A stretch of 62,564 nt of DNA from Candidatus Dormiibacterota bacterium (GCA_036828955.1 DAISRJ010000006.1:1-62564); one strand, 5' to 3'; shown: positions 36,486 to 45,855, counted from the first letter of the stretch. Translations and numbers: made by a program. The notes: a model not told the origin generated them from the letters alone.

Positions 36486-37568
36486 GTGAGCGCAGCCGAG
36501 GCGGCCCGCATCGTCGTCCTGCCCGGCGACGGGGTGGGACCGGAGGTCACATCCGCCGCTCTGGAGGTGCTCGACGCGGCCTGCCACGCCGGCGGCATTT
36601 CGATCGCGGTTGAGCAACGCCTCGTCGGCGGCGCCGCCTTTGAGGCGGAGGGCGCGGCGATCTCACCGGAGACATTCGAGCGGTGCCGGCAGAGCACCGC
36701 GATCCTCTTCGGCGCCAGCGGCGCCCCGCGCTGGGATCACCTCACCGGTGACGCCCGGCCGGGCTCGGCGCTGATCCGCCTGCGACGCTCGCTCGGGCTG
36801 TGCGTGAACCTCCGCCCCGTCCGCGTCCACCCCGGCCTCGAGGAACGCAGCAGCCTCCGTGCCGACGTGGTGCGCGGGTGCGACCTGGTCGTCGTCCGTG
36901 AGCTGGCCGGCGGCATCTACTACGGCGAGAGGGGTCGCGCCGGCGAGGGGCCCGAGGAACGTGCCTTCGACACCATGACGTACTCACGCGCGGAGATCGA
37001 GCGCGTCGCCTCAGCCGCATTCGACCTGGCGCGCACCCGGCGCACCCGGGTGGTCTCCGTCGACAAGGCCAACGTGCTCACCAGCAGCCGGCTCTGGCGG
37101 GAGGTTGTCACCGATGTCGGTCGCGCCCATCCCGACGTCGCCCTCGAGCACGCGCTGGTCGACAGCTTCGCCCTGCGCCTCGTCCAGCGACCCCGCGACC
37201 TCGACGTGGTGCTCGCCGAGAACCTCTTCGGCGACATCCTCAGCGACCTCGCCGCCGCCCTCAGCGGCTCCATCGGCGTCCTGCCGTCGGCGAGCCTGCC
37301 CGCCGCCGCACAGCCTGGGCCCGCCATGTACGAACCGGTGCACGGCAGCGCCCCCGACATCGCCGGCCGCGGCATCGCCAATCCCATCGGCGCGATCCTC
37401 AGCGTGGCCCTGCTCCTCGAGCACTCCCTGCACCACTCCGATGCCGCCGCCCGTGTCCGCGCCGCCGTCGACCGCGTCATCGCCGACGCGGTCCTGACCC
37501 GCGACCTCGGAGGCACGGCGGCGACCGCCGAGGTCACGACTGCGGTGGTCGCGGCCCTGCCGGCGTGA
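36486..37568 (+). CDS. leuB: Beta-decarboxylating dehydrogenase, LeuB-like (possibly serving as homoisocitrate dehydrogenase)
   Basis: LPGDGVGPEV, NLRP, VRELAGGIY, VDKANVL, ENLFGDILSD and EPVHGSAPDIAG motifs. Confidence 0.85.
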   Translation: MSAAEAARIVVLPGDGVGPEVTSAALEVLDAACHAGGISIAVEQRLVGGAAFEAEGAAISPETFERCRQSTAILFGASGAPRWDHLTGDARPGSALIRLRRSLGLCVNLRPVRVHPGLEERSSLRADVVRGCDLVVVRELAGGIYYGERGRAGEGPEERAFDTMTYSRAEIERVASAAFDLARTRRTRVVSVDKANVLTSSRLWREVVTDVGRAHPDVALEHALVDSFALRLVQRPRDLDVVLAENLFGDILSDLAAALSGSIGVLPSASLPAAAQPGPAMYEPVHGSAPDIAGRGIANPIGAILSVALLLEHSLHHSDAAARVRAAVDRVIADAVLTRDLGGTAATAEVTTAVVAALPA

Positions 37569-37597
37569 CCCAGCGCAGGGTTCGGGCGCGCTCCTGG

Positions 37598-37627
37598 TTG
37601 ACGAAATCCGCAGTCGGCGGTTACGCT
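37598..37627 (+). promoter_or_regulatory. Sigma-70-type promoter of the lysine operon
   Basis: TTGACG (37598..37603), 18-nt spacer, TACGCT (37622..37627). Confidence 0.6.
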
Positions 37628-37637
37628 GCGCAGCGCA

Positions 37638-37724
37638 ATGCAGATGTCCCCTGTCGCCCAGAAAGCGATGGCACCGTCGTTCCCCGCCGGGAAACCTGAC
37701 GTGCCGCGCGACGTCGCACGCTGA
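37638..37724 (+). CDS. Putative 28-aa attenuation leader peptide MQMSPVAQKAMAPSFPAGKPDVPRDVAR
   Basis: Short ORF between the promoter and terminator, with two AAA Lys codons (37662 and 37692). Below the ORF-track cutoff. Confidence 0.4.
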   Translation: MQMSPVAQKAMAPSFPAGKPDVPRDVAR

Positions 37725-37753
37725 CCGCAAGCTCAGCAAGCAACACCGAGCAC

Positions 37754-37788
37754 AAAGAGGATCCCCGCGGGGGTCCTCTTTTCTTTTT
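37754..37788 (+). terminator. Intrinsic terminator (attenuator) in the 5' leader of the lysine operon
   Basis: 12-bp stem AAAGAGGATCCC-CGCG-GGGGTCCTCTTT followed by TCTTTTT, 34 nt before the hcs ATG. Confidence 0.85.
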
Positions 37789-37822
37789 GCCCATCCACTT
37801 CCCCACATCGGACTGATTTCAA

Positions 37823-38950
37823 ATGCCCATTCCCCGGCTGGCCATCATCGAATCCACCCTCCGCGAGGGAGAACAGTTCGCCGCCGCCAACTTCACACCC
37901 GACCAGCGCCGCCAGATCGCGCACGCCGTCGACGATTTCGGCGTCGAGTACATCGAGGTCACCAGCCCGGTGGCCTCGCCGCAGGCTGCGCAGTCCTGCC
38001 GCGAGATTGCCGCGCTGCCCCTCAGCGCGACGGTGCTCACCCACACCCGCTGCGTCCCCGACGACGTTCGCCTCGCCATCGATTGCGGAGTCGGCGGTGT
38101 CGACCTGCTCTTCGGAACCTCGTCATGGCTGCGCACGCATTCCCACGGGCTCAGCGTCGACGAGATCGTCGAGGCGGCCGCGGTGTGCATCGAGCTCACC
38201 CGGGAGGCCGGTGTCGAGGTGCGCTTCAGCTGCGAGGACGCATTCCGCACCGACCCGGCCGACCTGCTGCGCATCCATCGCGCCGTCGCGGCTCTGGGCG
38301 TCGACCGCGTCGGCCTCGCCGACACCGTGGGGGTGGCCACGCCATCGCAGGTCGCGGCCCTCGTCGCCGAGGTCCGCGCCGCCGTCGACTGCGACATCGA
38401 GTTCCACGCCCACAATGACACCGGCTGTGCCGTCGCCAACGCCCTGGCCGCGCTCGAGGCCGGCGCCACGCACATCGACACGACGGTGCTCGGCATCGGC
38501 GAGCGCAACGGCATCGTGTCGCTGTCCGGGCTGGTGGCGCGTCTGCTCACCGTGCAACCCGGCCTGGTCGCCGGCTACCGCCTCGACCAGCTCACCGCCA
38601 TCGACCAGATGGTGGCGGGCATCATCGGGCTGGAGATTCCCTTCACGTCGCCGATCACAGCGCCATTCGCCTTCCACCACAAGGCGGGGATCCACACCAA
38701 CGCGGTGCTTCGAGATCCACGCACGTATGAGCCGTTCCCGCCTGAGCAGTTCGGCATCGAGCGCCGCGTGCTCGTCGCCCACCAGTTGGTGGGACGCCAC
38801 GCCCTGCGCGAGCGTGCCACCTCCCTGGGCATCGACGGCGATGAGGGCTGGCTGCTGCGCGTGACCGCCGAGGTCAAGCGCCACGCCGGTGAACGCCTCC
38901 TCTACGACGACGAGGTCGACGAGATGCTGCGCGCGTCGGCGGGGGCCTGA
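37823..38950 (+). CDS. hcs: Homocitrate synthase
   Basis: IIESTLREGEQF, YIEVTSP, LFGTS, RFSCED, GLADTVG, HAHND and HKAGIH motifs; closely follows the Thermus/fungal HCS pattern as I recall it. Confidence 0.92.
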   Translation: MPIPRLAIIESTLREGEQFAAANFTPDQRRQIAHAVDDFGVEYIEVTSPVASPQAAQSCREIAALPLSATVLTHTRCVPDDVRLAIDCGVGGVDLLFGTSSWLRTHSHGLSVDEIVEAAAVCIELTREAGVEVRFSCEDAFRTDPADLLRIHRAVAALGVDRVGLADTVGVATPSQVAALVAEVRAAVDCDIEFHAHNDTGCAVANALAALEAGATHIDTTVLGIGERNGIVSLSGLVARLLTVQPGLVAGYRLDQLTAIDQMVAGIIGLEIPFTSPITAPFAFHHKAGIHTNAVLRDPRTYEPFPPEQFGIERRVLVAHQLVGRHALRERATSLGIDGDEGWLLRVTAEVKRHAGERLLYDDEVDEMLRASAGA

Positions 38951-38954
38951 CGAC

Positions 38955-40190
38955 ATGGGAACGCTCGTCGAGGAGATCATCTCCAACCGCCTCGGCCGCC
39001 AGGTCGTCGCGGGTGACACCGTCGTCGCCCCCGTCGACTGCGCATTCGCCCACGACGTCACCGCGCCGCTCGCCATCGAGGCCTTCGAACGCATGGGCAT
39101 GCCGCTCCACGATCCCGGACGGGTCGTGCTCGTCTTCGACCACGTCATGCCGGCAGCCACCGTCGCCGCCGCCGAGCTGCACGTGCGCATCCGCCGTTTC
39201 GCGGCCGACCATGCCGTCCGCAACCTCTTCGCGGAGGGCATCTGCCACATCATCATGGTGGAGCGCGGCTACGCCCGCCCCGGCGGGATCGTGGTGGGCG
39301 CCGACTCGCACAGCACCACGTACGGGGCATTGGGCTGCTTCTCCACCGGCATGGGCAGCACCGATGTCGGCGTGATCCTGGCCACCGGGCGCACCTGGTT
39401 CCGGGTCCCGGAGACGTTGCGCATCGAGGTCGCCGGTGAGCTGGCAGCGCCACTCACCGCCAAGGATGTCGCGCTCCACGTGCTCGGTCGCATCGGCGGG
39501 GACGGCGCCGACTACATGGCCGTCGAGTGGGGTGGCGAGACCGTGGAACGGATGACGCTCGACCAGCGCCTGACCCTTGCCAACCTCAGCGCGGACATGG
39601 GCGGCAAGGCCGGGCTGTGCGAGGTCGACGACACCACCCTCGCCGGCAGCAGCCCGGTCGATGGGGTGCCCATCCCACGCCCGCGCTCACCGCACTACGC
39701 CGATGTCCTCCATGTCGATGTGAGCAACCTGCAGCCGCAGGTGGCCATGCCCCCGGCCGCGGACAACGTCCACGACATCGGCGACGTGGAGGGCACCCCG
39801 ATCGACGAGGTGTACATCGGCAGCTGCACCAACGGTCGCCTCGAGGACATGGAGGTGGTGGCCGGCTACCTCGCCGGGCGCACCGTCCACCCCAACACGC
39901 GAACGGTCGTGGTGCCGGCATCGCGGCGCATCTACACCGAGGCGCTGCGCCGCGGTTGGATCGAGACCATCATCGAGGCCGGCGCGCTGGTCATGAACCC
40001 CGGCTGCGGGCCCTGCCTGGGACGCCAGCACGGCGTCGTCGCCGCGGGCGAGCGCGTCGTCTCCACCAGCAACCGCAACTACCCCGGGCGCATGGGCAGC
40101 CCCGACGCGGAGATCTACCTGACCAGTCCTGCCGTGGCGGCCGCAACCGCCGTGGCGGGGCGCATCACCGACCCTCGGAGGCACCACTGA
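38955..40190 (+). CDS. lysT: Homoaconitase large subunit
   Basis: DSHSTTYG, GSCTNGR and GCGPCLG ([4Fe-4S] Cys), STSNRNYPGRMG; position in the lysine operon. Confidence 0.88.
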   Translation: MGTLVEEIISNRLGRQVVAGDTVVAPVDCAFAHDVTAPLAIEAFERMGMPLHDPGRVVLVFDHVMPAATVAAAELHVRIRRFAADHAVRNLFAEGICHIIMVERGYARPGGIVVGADSHSTTYGALGCFSTGMGSTDVGVILATGRTWFRVPETLRIEVAGELAAPLTAKDVALHVLGRIGGDGADYMAVEWGGETVERMTLDQRLTLANLSADMGGKAGLCEVDDTTLAGSSPVDGVPIPRPRSPHYADVLHVDVSNLQPQVAMPPAADNVHDIGDVEGTPIDEVYIGSCTNGRLEDMEVVAGYLAGRTVHPNTRTVVVPASRRIYTEALRRGWIETIIEAGALVMNPGCGPCLGRQHGVVAAGERVVSTSNRNYPGRMGSPDAEIYLTSPAVAAATAVAGRITDPRRHH

Positions 40191-40690
40191 TGGGACGCGC
40201 ATGGGTGCTCGGCGACGGCATCTCGACGGATGCCATCATGCCGGGGCGCTTCAACCTGACAACCGACCCGGACGCGCTGGCCAGGGCCTGCCTGTGCGAG
40301 GCGCGCCCCGAGTTCGCGGAGAACGTTCGGCCAGGTGACGTCATCGTGGCGGGGCGCAACTTCGGCTGCGGCTCCTCGCGCGAGCACGCCCCGGTGTCAA
40401 TCCGCGCCAACGGCGTCGTGGCCGTCGTGGCGGTGGGCTTCGCCCGGATCTTCGCGCGCAACGCCGTCAACATCGGCCTCCCGGTGATCCGCTGCGGCGA
40501 GGCCGTGGCGGCCATCGCCGACGGCGACGAGGTCGAGGTCGACACCCGCACCGGCACTGTGAGCAGCGCCGGCCGCACCTTCGCAGGCGAGCCGCCCAGC
40601 GCGCTGGCGATGCGCATCGCCGAGGCGGGTGGCCTCGTCGAGCTGGTCCGCGGCGCCGGCTGGGCCACCCTCGAAGAGGCGCCGGTGTGA
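40190..40690 (+). CDS. lysU: Homoaconitase small subunit
   Basis: ISTDAIMPGRF, AGRNFGCGSSREHA and FARIFARNAVNIG motifs. Confidence 0.88.
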   Translation: MGRAWVLGDGISTDAIMPGRFNLTTDPDALARACLCEARPEFAENVRPGDVIVAGRNFGCGSSREHAPVSIRANGVVAVVAVGFARIFARNAVNIGLPVIRCGEAVAAIADGDEVEVDTRTGTVSSAGRTFAGEPPSALAMRIAEAGGLVELVRGAGWATLEEAPV

Positions 40691-40857
40691 TGAGCGCCCA
40701 GTGCCCGGAATGCGAGGCCACCGTCCCATGCGACGACGACACCGTCGTCGGCGAGGTGGTGCCCTGCCCGGACTGCGGCGCCGACCTCGAGGTGAGTGCG
40801 CTGCGACCGCCCGTGCTCGTGCTCGCGCCTCCCGAGGAGGAGGACTGGGGTGAGTGA
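40690..40857 (+). CDS. lysW: Amino-group carrier protein LysW (55 aa)
   Basis: Translated by hand: MSAQCPECEATVPCDDDTVVGEVVPCPDCGADLEVSALRPPVLVLAPPEEEDWGE, with two CxxC and the terminal EDWGE. Missing from the ORF track. Confidence 0.97.
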   Translation: MSAQCPECEATVPCDDDTVVGEVVPCPDCGADLEVSALRPPVLVLAPPEEEDWGE

Positions 40858-41737
40858 GCCGCGCCTCGCCATGCTCGCCTCGCGGGTGCGCGTCGAGGAG
40901 AAGATGCTTCTCGATGCGTTCGCACGCCGCCACGTCGACGTGGAGCTGGTCGACGTGCGTCGCCTCCTGGTCGACACCCACCGCGCCGTGCCCGCCTGGG
41001 ACGCGGTCCTCGATCGCTCCCTGCAGCTGTCCCACGCGCTCGCCGCCCTGCGCCTGCTCGAGGACCGCGGCGTGGTCGCCGTCAACGCGCACGAGGTCGT
41101 CGTCAACTGCTCCGACAAGGTGGTGACCACGTCGCTGCTCAGCGCCGCCTGTGTCCCGGTGCCGCGCACCATCGTCGCCTTCTCCGTGGCCGGCGCCCTG
41201 GAGGCGATCGAAGCCGTGGGCTACCCCGCCGTGATCAAGCCGCCGGTGGGTTCGTGGGGCCGGCTCGTCGCCCGTGTCAACGACCGCGACGCCGCCGAGG
41301 CGCTCCTCGAGCACAAGGCGACCCTCGGTTCGGTGGCTCACCACGTCTTCTACGTCCAGGAGCACATCGCCAAGCCGGGTCGCGACATCCGTGTGTTCGT
41401 CGCCGGCAGCGAGGTGCTCTGCGCCATCGAGCGGGTGTCAGAGCACTGGGTGACCAACACCGCGCGAGGCGCGAGCACTCGCAACCGGCCGGTCAGCGCC
41501 GAGATCGCCGAGCTGTCGTTGCGCGCGGCTGTGGCCGTCGGCGGCGGTGTGCTCGCCGTCGACCTCCTCGAGGACGGGGAGCGCCTGCTGGTCAGCGAGG
41601 TCAACCACACCATGGAATTCCGCAACTCGGTCGATGTCACGGGTGTCGACATCGCCGGGCGCATCGTCGACCACTTCGTGGCCGCCGCTCGGCTGGGCGC
41701 CCCTCCAGCGCCGATGGCCCTGGCGGTGAACGCGTGA
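40850..41737 (+). CDS. lysX: Alpha-aminoadipate--LysW ligase (ATP-grasp)
   Basis: KPPVGSWGRL, YVQEHI, RDIRVFV, HWVTNTARG and EVNHTMEFRN motifs. Confidence 0.95.
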   Translation: MSEPRLAMLASRVRVEEKMLLDAFARRHVDVELVDVRRLLVDTHRAVPAWDAVLDRSLQLSHALAALRLLEDRGVVAVNAHEVVVNCSDKVVTTSLLSAACVPVPRTIVAFSVAGALEAIEAVGYPAVIKPPVGSWGRLVARVNDRDAAEALLEHKATLGSVAHHVFYVQEHIAKPGRDIRVFVAGSEVLCAIERVSEHWVTNTARGASTRNRPVSAEIAELSLRAAVAVGGGVLAVDLLEDGERLLVSEVNHTMEFRNSVDVTGVDIAGRIVDHFVAAARLGAPPAPMALAVNA

Positions 41738-42792
41738 GCGTGAGCCTCGCCGTCGGCACCGCGCTCGACCCCGCGGCCCTCCTCGACGACCTGCTCCGCA
41801 TCCCCTCGCCGACGGGCGCGGTCGACGCCGCCGCCGCCCGCGTCGCCGCCCTGGCGGGCGATGCGGGATTCGATGTCGCGCGCGACGCCGCCGGCAACGT
41901 CCGGATGACCTGGGGCGGCGGCGACCCGGCCGGCGCGGTCGTGCTGCTCGGCCACCTCGACACGGTGCCGGGAGACATCCCGGTGCGCCTTGCGGAGGGA
42001 CGCCTCCACGGCCGCGGCGCGGTGGACGCCAAGGGGCCGCTCGCAGCCGCCCTCGCCGCCACGTCGCGATTGGAGCGGCGAGCCGATCGGCCCGTGGTGG
42101 TCATCGCCGCCTGCGATGAGGAGGGGGCGTCGCTCGGCGCTCGCCACCTCCGCAACGGCGTCCCACCCGCAGCTCTGATCGTGCTCGAGCCGAGCGGCTG
42201 GGACACGATCACCACCGGCTACCGCGGCTGCGTCAGGCTGTCGGCGACCGTGACCCGTGGCGCGGCCCACCACGCCGGTCCCGAGGCCGGTGCCGCCGAC
42301 CGCCTGGTGGACGCGCTGGCCGCGCTGCGCAGCGACCTCGCCGGCACGGCGGGGCGCGCCGTCGACCGTGTCCAGGTGCGCGTCAACGCGCTCACCGTGG
42401 AAGGCGCGGGCGGCGTCGAGAGCGCCACCGCGGGCATCGAGCTACGCATCCCCCTCGGCGCCGCCGTCGACGACGTCCTGGGCAGCGCCGCGGCGCTGCT
42501 GGGAGACGCCACCATCGCGGTCCACAGCTCATGCGAGGCGGTCGCGGTGTCGCGGAGCAACCCCGCGGTGCGCGCCCTGGCCCGTGCCATCAGCGCGTCC
42601 GGCGGGCGCCCGCGCTACACGACCAAGACGGGAACGTCCGACCTCAACGTCGTGCTCCCGGCTTGGCAGTGCCCGGCCGCGGTGTACGGGCCGGGCGACT
42701 GCGCCCTCGACCACACCCCCCGCGAATCCATCGACATCGCCGAGCTGCGGACGGGCACGGACGTGCTCGAGGCCGCGCTGCGAGCGCTGTGA
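41734..42792 (+). CDS. lysK: LysW-lysine hydrolase (M20 carboxypeptidase)
   Basis: GHLDTVPG, GRGAVDAKG, DEEG, EPSG, TSDLN and DHTPRE motifs. Confidence 0.92.
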   Translation: MSVSLAVGTALDPAALLDDLLRIPSPTGAVDAAAARVAALAGDAGFDVARDAAGNVRMTWGGGDPAGAVVLLGHLDTVPGDIPVRLAEGRLHGRGAVDAKGPLAAALAATSRLERRADRPVVVIAACDEEGASLGARHLRNGVPPAALIVLEPSGWDTITTGYRGCVRLSATVTRGAAHHAGPEAGAADRLVDALAALRSDLAGTAGRAVDRVQVRVNALTVEGAGGVESATAGIELRIPLGAAVDDVLGSAAALLGDATIAVHSSCEAVAVSRSNPAVRALARAISASGGRPRYTTKTGTSDLNVVLPAWQCPAAVYGPGDCALDHTPRESIDIAELRTGTDVLEAALRAL

Positions 42793-43850
42793 TGATCAAC
42801 GCCGCACCGAGTCGCCTCCGGGTCGCTGTCGTGGGCGCCGCCGGGTACACGGGGGGTGAGCTGCTCCGCCTGCTCGTCGCACACCGCGGCGTCGACGTGG
42901 TCGCGGCGACGAGCGAGCGTCTCGCCGGCCACTACGTGCACCACACGCACCCGGTGCTTCGCGGGCGCTCGTCACTGCGTTTCACAACCCGGAGCGCCCT
43001 GCCGGGGTGCGACGCGGTCTTCGCGGCGCTCCCCCACGGCGACTCGGAGGCGATCATCGACGAGCTCCGCGGCCACGCCCCGGTGGTGGTGGACCTCTCC
43101 GCCGACTTCCGGCTGCGCGACCGCGGCGATTACCAGCGCTGGTATGGAAGACAGCACGCCCGACCCGAGCTTCTCGACACCGCTGTGTACGCGCTCCCCG
43201 AGATCGACAGGCCGCGCATCCGCAACGCCGACCTGCTTGCCACCGGTGGATGCGTCGCCACCGCCGCGATCCTCGCCCTGCTGCCGCTGGCGGCCGCCGG
43301 GGTGGTCGACACGAGCCGGCCGCTGATCGTCGACGCCAAGGTGGGGTCCTCGGCGGCGGGCGCGCAGCCGAGCAGCTCGTCGCATCATCCCCACCGCAGC
43401 GGCGCAATGCGTTCGTTCGCGCCCACCGGTCATCGCCACACAGCGGAGATCGTCCAGGAGACGGGGCTCGACAACGTGGCCCTCTCGGTGACCGCGGTCG
43501 AGGCCGTACGCGGTGTGCTCGTGACCGCGCATGTCCCGCTCGCCGACGCCGGCGTCGACGACCGCGCGCTGCGCGCCATCTTCCGCGACCGCTACCTCGC
43601 CGAGCCCTTCGTGCGGGTCATCACCGAGACACGCGGGATCCATCGCTACCCCGAGCCCAAGCTCCTCGCCGGCACCAACTTCTGCGATGTCGGCTTTGAG
43701 CGCGATCCCCACGGCGCGCGCGTGGTGGTCATGGCGGCGATCGACAACCTCGGCAAGGGCAGCGCGGCGCAGGCGGTGCACGCGCTCAACGTCCGCGCCG
43801 GCCTCGACGAATGCGCGGGGCTGGACTTTGCGGGGCTGTACCCCACATGA
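42792..43850 (+). CDS. lysY: LysW-aminoadipyl-phosphate reductase (ArgC family)
   Basis: GAAGYTGGEL, DLSADFRL, GC (catalytic Cys), HRHTAEI and IDNLGKGSA motifs. Confidence 0.93.
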   Translation: MINAAPSRLRVAVVGAAGYTGGELLRLLVAHRGVDVVAATSERLAGHYVHHTHPVLRGRSSLRFTTRSALPGCDAVFAALPHGDSEAIIDELRGHAPVVVDLSADFRLRDRGDYQRWYGRQHARPELLDTAVYALPEIDRPRIRNADLLATGGCVATAAILALLPLAAAGVVDTSRPLIVDAKVGSSAAGAQPSSSSHHPHRSGAMRSFAPTGHRHTAEIVQETGLDNVALSVTAVEAVRGVLVTAHVPLADAGVDDRALRAIFRDRYLAEPFVRVITETRGIHRYPEPKLLAGTNFCDVGFERDPHGARVVVMAAIDNLGKGSAAQAVHALNVRAGLDECAGLDFAGLYPT

Positions 43851-44671
43851 CCCGCGCTCCCCTGGTGGTCAAGATCGGCGGCAGCCTCACGGATCCCTCC
43901 GGTCTTCTCGACGACATCGCCGCCTTCGGCGCGCCACTGATCGTCGTCCACGGCGCCCACCGCATCCTCGACGACCTGGCGGTGCGGCTCGGCACTCCTC
44001 CCCGTTTCGTCACCTCGGTCGCGGGCGCGACCAGCAGGTACACCGACGACGCCGCCATGGACCAGTTCCTGATGGCCTATTGCGGCCAGGCCAACAAGCG
44101 CCTCGTCGAGCAGCTGCTCTGGCGCGGCGTGGCGCCCGTGGGACTGGCGGCGATGGACGGCGGCATGGTGCGCGGCCGGCGTCGCGCCGACCTCCGCGTC
44201 CGCGAGGATGGCCGGACGCTGGTGCTCCACGGCGACCACACCGGCAGCATCGAGCAGGTCGACACCACGCTGCTGCACACACTGCTGCAGGGCGGCTTGC
44301 TGCCCGTGCTGTGCCCGCCGGCGCTCGGTCACGATGGCACCCCGATCAACGTCGACGGCGACCGTCTCGCCGCCGAGGTGGCCATTGCGATGGGCGCCGA
44401 GCGGCTGGTCATCGCCTCCGACACCGCCGGCTTTCTCGCCGACGCGGCCGACCCGTCGAGCACCGTGGACCGTGCCTGCGCGGACGACCTGGCCGGGCTG
44501 GCCGGGTCGGCGCAGGGCCGCGCCCGCGTCAAGCTCACCGCCGTGGGGCGGGCGCTGTCCGGCGGGGTGGGCTCGGTGGGGCTCTGCGACGGTCGCGGCG
44601 CCCACCCACTCCAGGCGGCTCTCGCCGGTGCGGGCAGCTGGTTCACGCGGTCGGCCGTGGTGGCCGTGTGA
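43847..44671 (+). CDS. lysZ: LysW-aminoadipate kinase (ArgB family)
   Basis: VVKIGG, VHGA, SRYTD and INVDGDR motifs. Confidence 0.93.
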   Translation: MTRAPLVVKIGGSLTDPSGLLDDIAAFGAPLIVVHGAHRILDDLAVRLGTPPRFVTSVAGATSRYTDDAAMDQFLMAYCGQANKRLVEQLLWRGVAPVGLAAMDGGMVRGRRRADLRVREDGRTLVLHGDHTGSIEQVDTTLLHTLLQGGLLPVLCPPALGHDGTPINVDGDRLAAEVAIAMGAERLVIASDTAGFLADAADPSSTVDRACADDLAGLAGSAQGRARVKLTAVGRALSGGVGSVGLCDGRGAHPLQAALAGAGSWFTRSAVVAV

Positions 44672-45855
44672 TGGCGGCATCCACCGTCCCCACCGTCGGC
44701 GGCGGTGCGCTGCGTCCGATGTCGCTGCATGCCGGCCGCGGCATCAGCCTGGTGAGCGGCCACGGCTCGACCCTGGTCGACGCGACCGGGCGCGAGTACA
44801 TCGACCTGGTCAGCAACTACGGCGTCAACGTGCTCGGCCACGCTCACTCCGCGGTCACGGCGGCGATCACCGAACAGGCGGCACTGCTGCCGAGCGCGCA
44901 TCAGTCGTTCGGGAGCCCGGTGCGCGATGCGTTCGTCGCGGCGCTCGGCGCCATGCTGCCGCGAAAGCTGACCCAGGTGTGCTTCGTCAACTCGGGCAGC
45001 GAGGCTCTCGAGGTGGCCATCAAGCTGGCCCGTGTGGCCACCGGGCGCACGCGGATCATCGCCATGCACCGCGGCTACCACGGCCGCACCCTCGGCGCCC
45101 TGAGCCTCACATCGGCGGCCGCGTACCGTGACCCGTTCACCCCGCTGCTCCCCGGCGTCGTCCACGTCCCGTACGACGACCTCACTGCGCTGGAAGAGGC
45201 CCTCGAGGGGCGCGTCGCCGCCGTCGTGGTGGAGCCCATCCAGGGCGAGGCCGGGGTGCGCGTCCCTCACCACGGGTACCTGCGCGGCGTGCGCGAGCTC
45301 TGCAGCGCGGCCGGCGCGCTCCTCGTCACCGACGAGGTGCAGACGGGCTTCCGCACCGGGGCGTTCCTGGCCGCCGACCAGGACGGCGTGGTGCCCGACA
45401 TCCTCTGCCTGGGCAAGGGCATCGCCAACGGACTGCCGATGGCGGTCACGGTCTGCACCGAGGCGGTCGGGGCGAGCATGCCGCGGGGCGGGCACGGCAG
45501 CACCTTCGCCGGCAGTCCGCTGGTCTGTGCCGCCGGGGCGGCCACGGTGGGCCTGCTCGCCGACCCGGCCCTGAGCGCCCGCGTCCGCGCCAGCGGGGCT
45601 GTGGCGATGGAACGCCTCGCCGTGCTGCCCGGGGCGATCGTCCGCGAGGTGCGCGGGAGGGGTCTGATGATCGGCATCGACCTGCGCGCGCCGGCCGCCC
45701 CGCTCATCGCGGAGGCGCAGAGGCGCGGCGTCCTGGTGCTCGGGGCAGGGCGCACCGTGATCAGGCTCCTGCCCCCGTTGGTCATCGATGAGGTCACCCT
45801 GGCGACGGCGCTGGACTGCCTGGCTGAGATCATCGAGGGCGCCGCCGCGGCCTGA
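44671..45855 (+). CDS. lysJ: LysW-aminoadipate semialdehyde aminotransferase (ArgD family)
   Basis: NSGSEALE, GYHGRT, EPIQGEAG, DEVQTG and LGKG motifs; last gene of the operon. Confidence 0.92.
   Translation: MAASTVPTVGGGALRPMSLHAGRGISLVSGHGSTLVDATGREYIDLVSNYGVNVLGHAHSAVTAAITEQAALLPSAHQSFGSPVRDAFVAALGAMLPRKLTQVCFVNSGSEALEVAIKLARVATGRTRIIAMHRGYHGRTLGALSLTSAAAYRDPFTPLLPGVVHVPYDDLTALEEALEGRVAAVVVEPIQGEAGVRVPHHGYLRGVRELCSAAGALLVTDEVQTGFRTGAFLAADQDGVVPDILCLGKGIANGLPMAVTVCTEAVGASMPRGGHGSTFAGSPLVCAAGAATVGLLADPALSARVRASGAVAMERLAVLPGAIVREVRGRGLMIGIDLRAPAAPLIAEAQRRGVLVLGAGRTVIRLLPPLVIDEVTLATALDCLAEIIEGAAAA

Noticed and set aside
37665-37717. T-box-like antiterminator: GCGA-TGGCACC-GTCG pairing with CGAC-G-TCGC in the lysine leader
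   Set aside because: Only about 30 nt lie between the predicted TSS and the motif, leaving no room for Stem I or a specifier loop, and the helix does not overlap the terminator.
37628-37790. Lysine (L-box) riboswitch
   Set aside because: The conserved AGAGGUGC opening and the five-way junction motifs are not visible, and the leader is too short.
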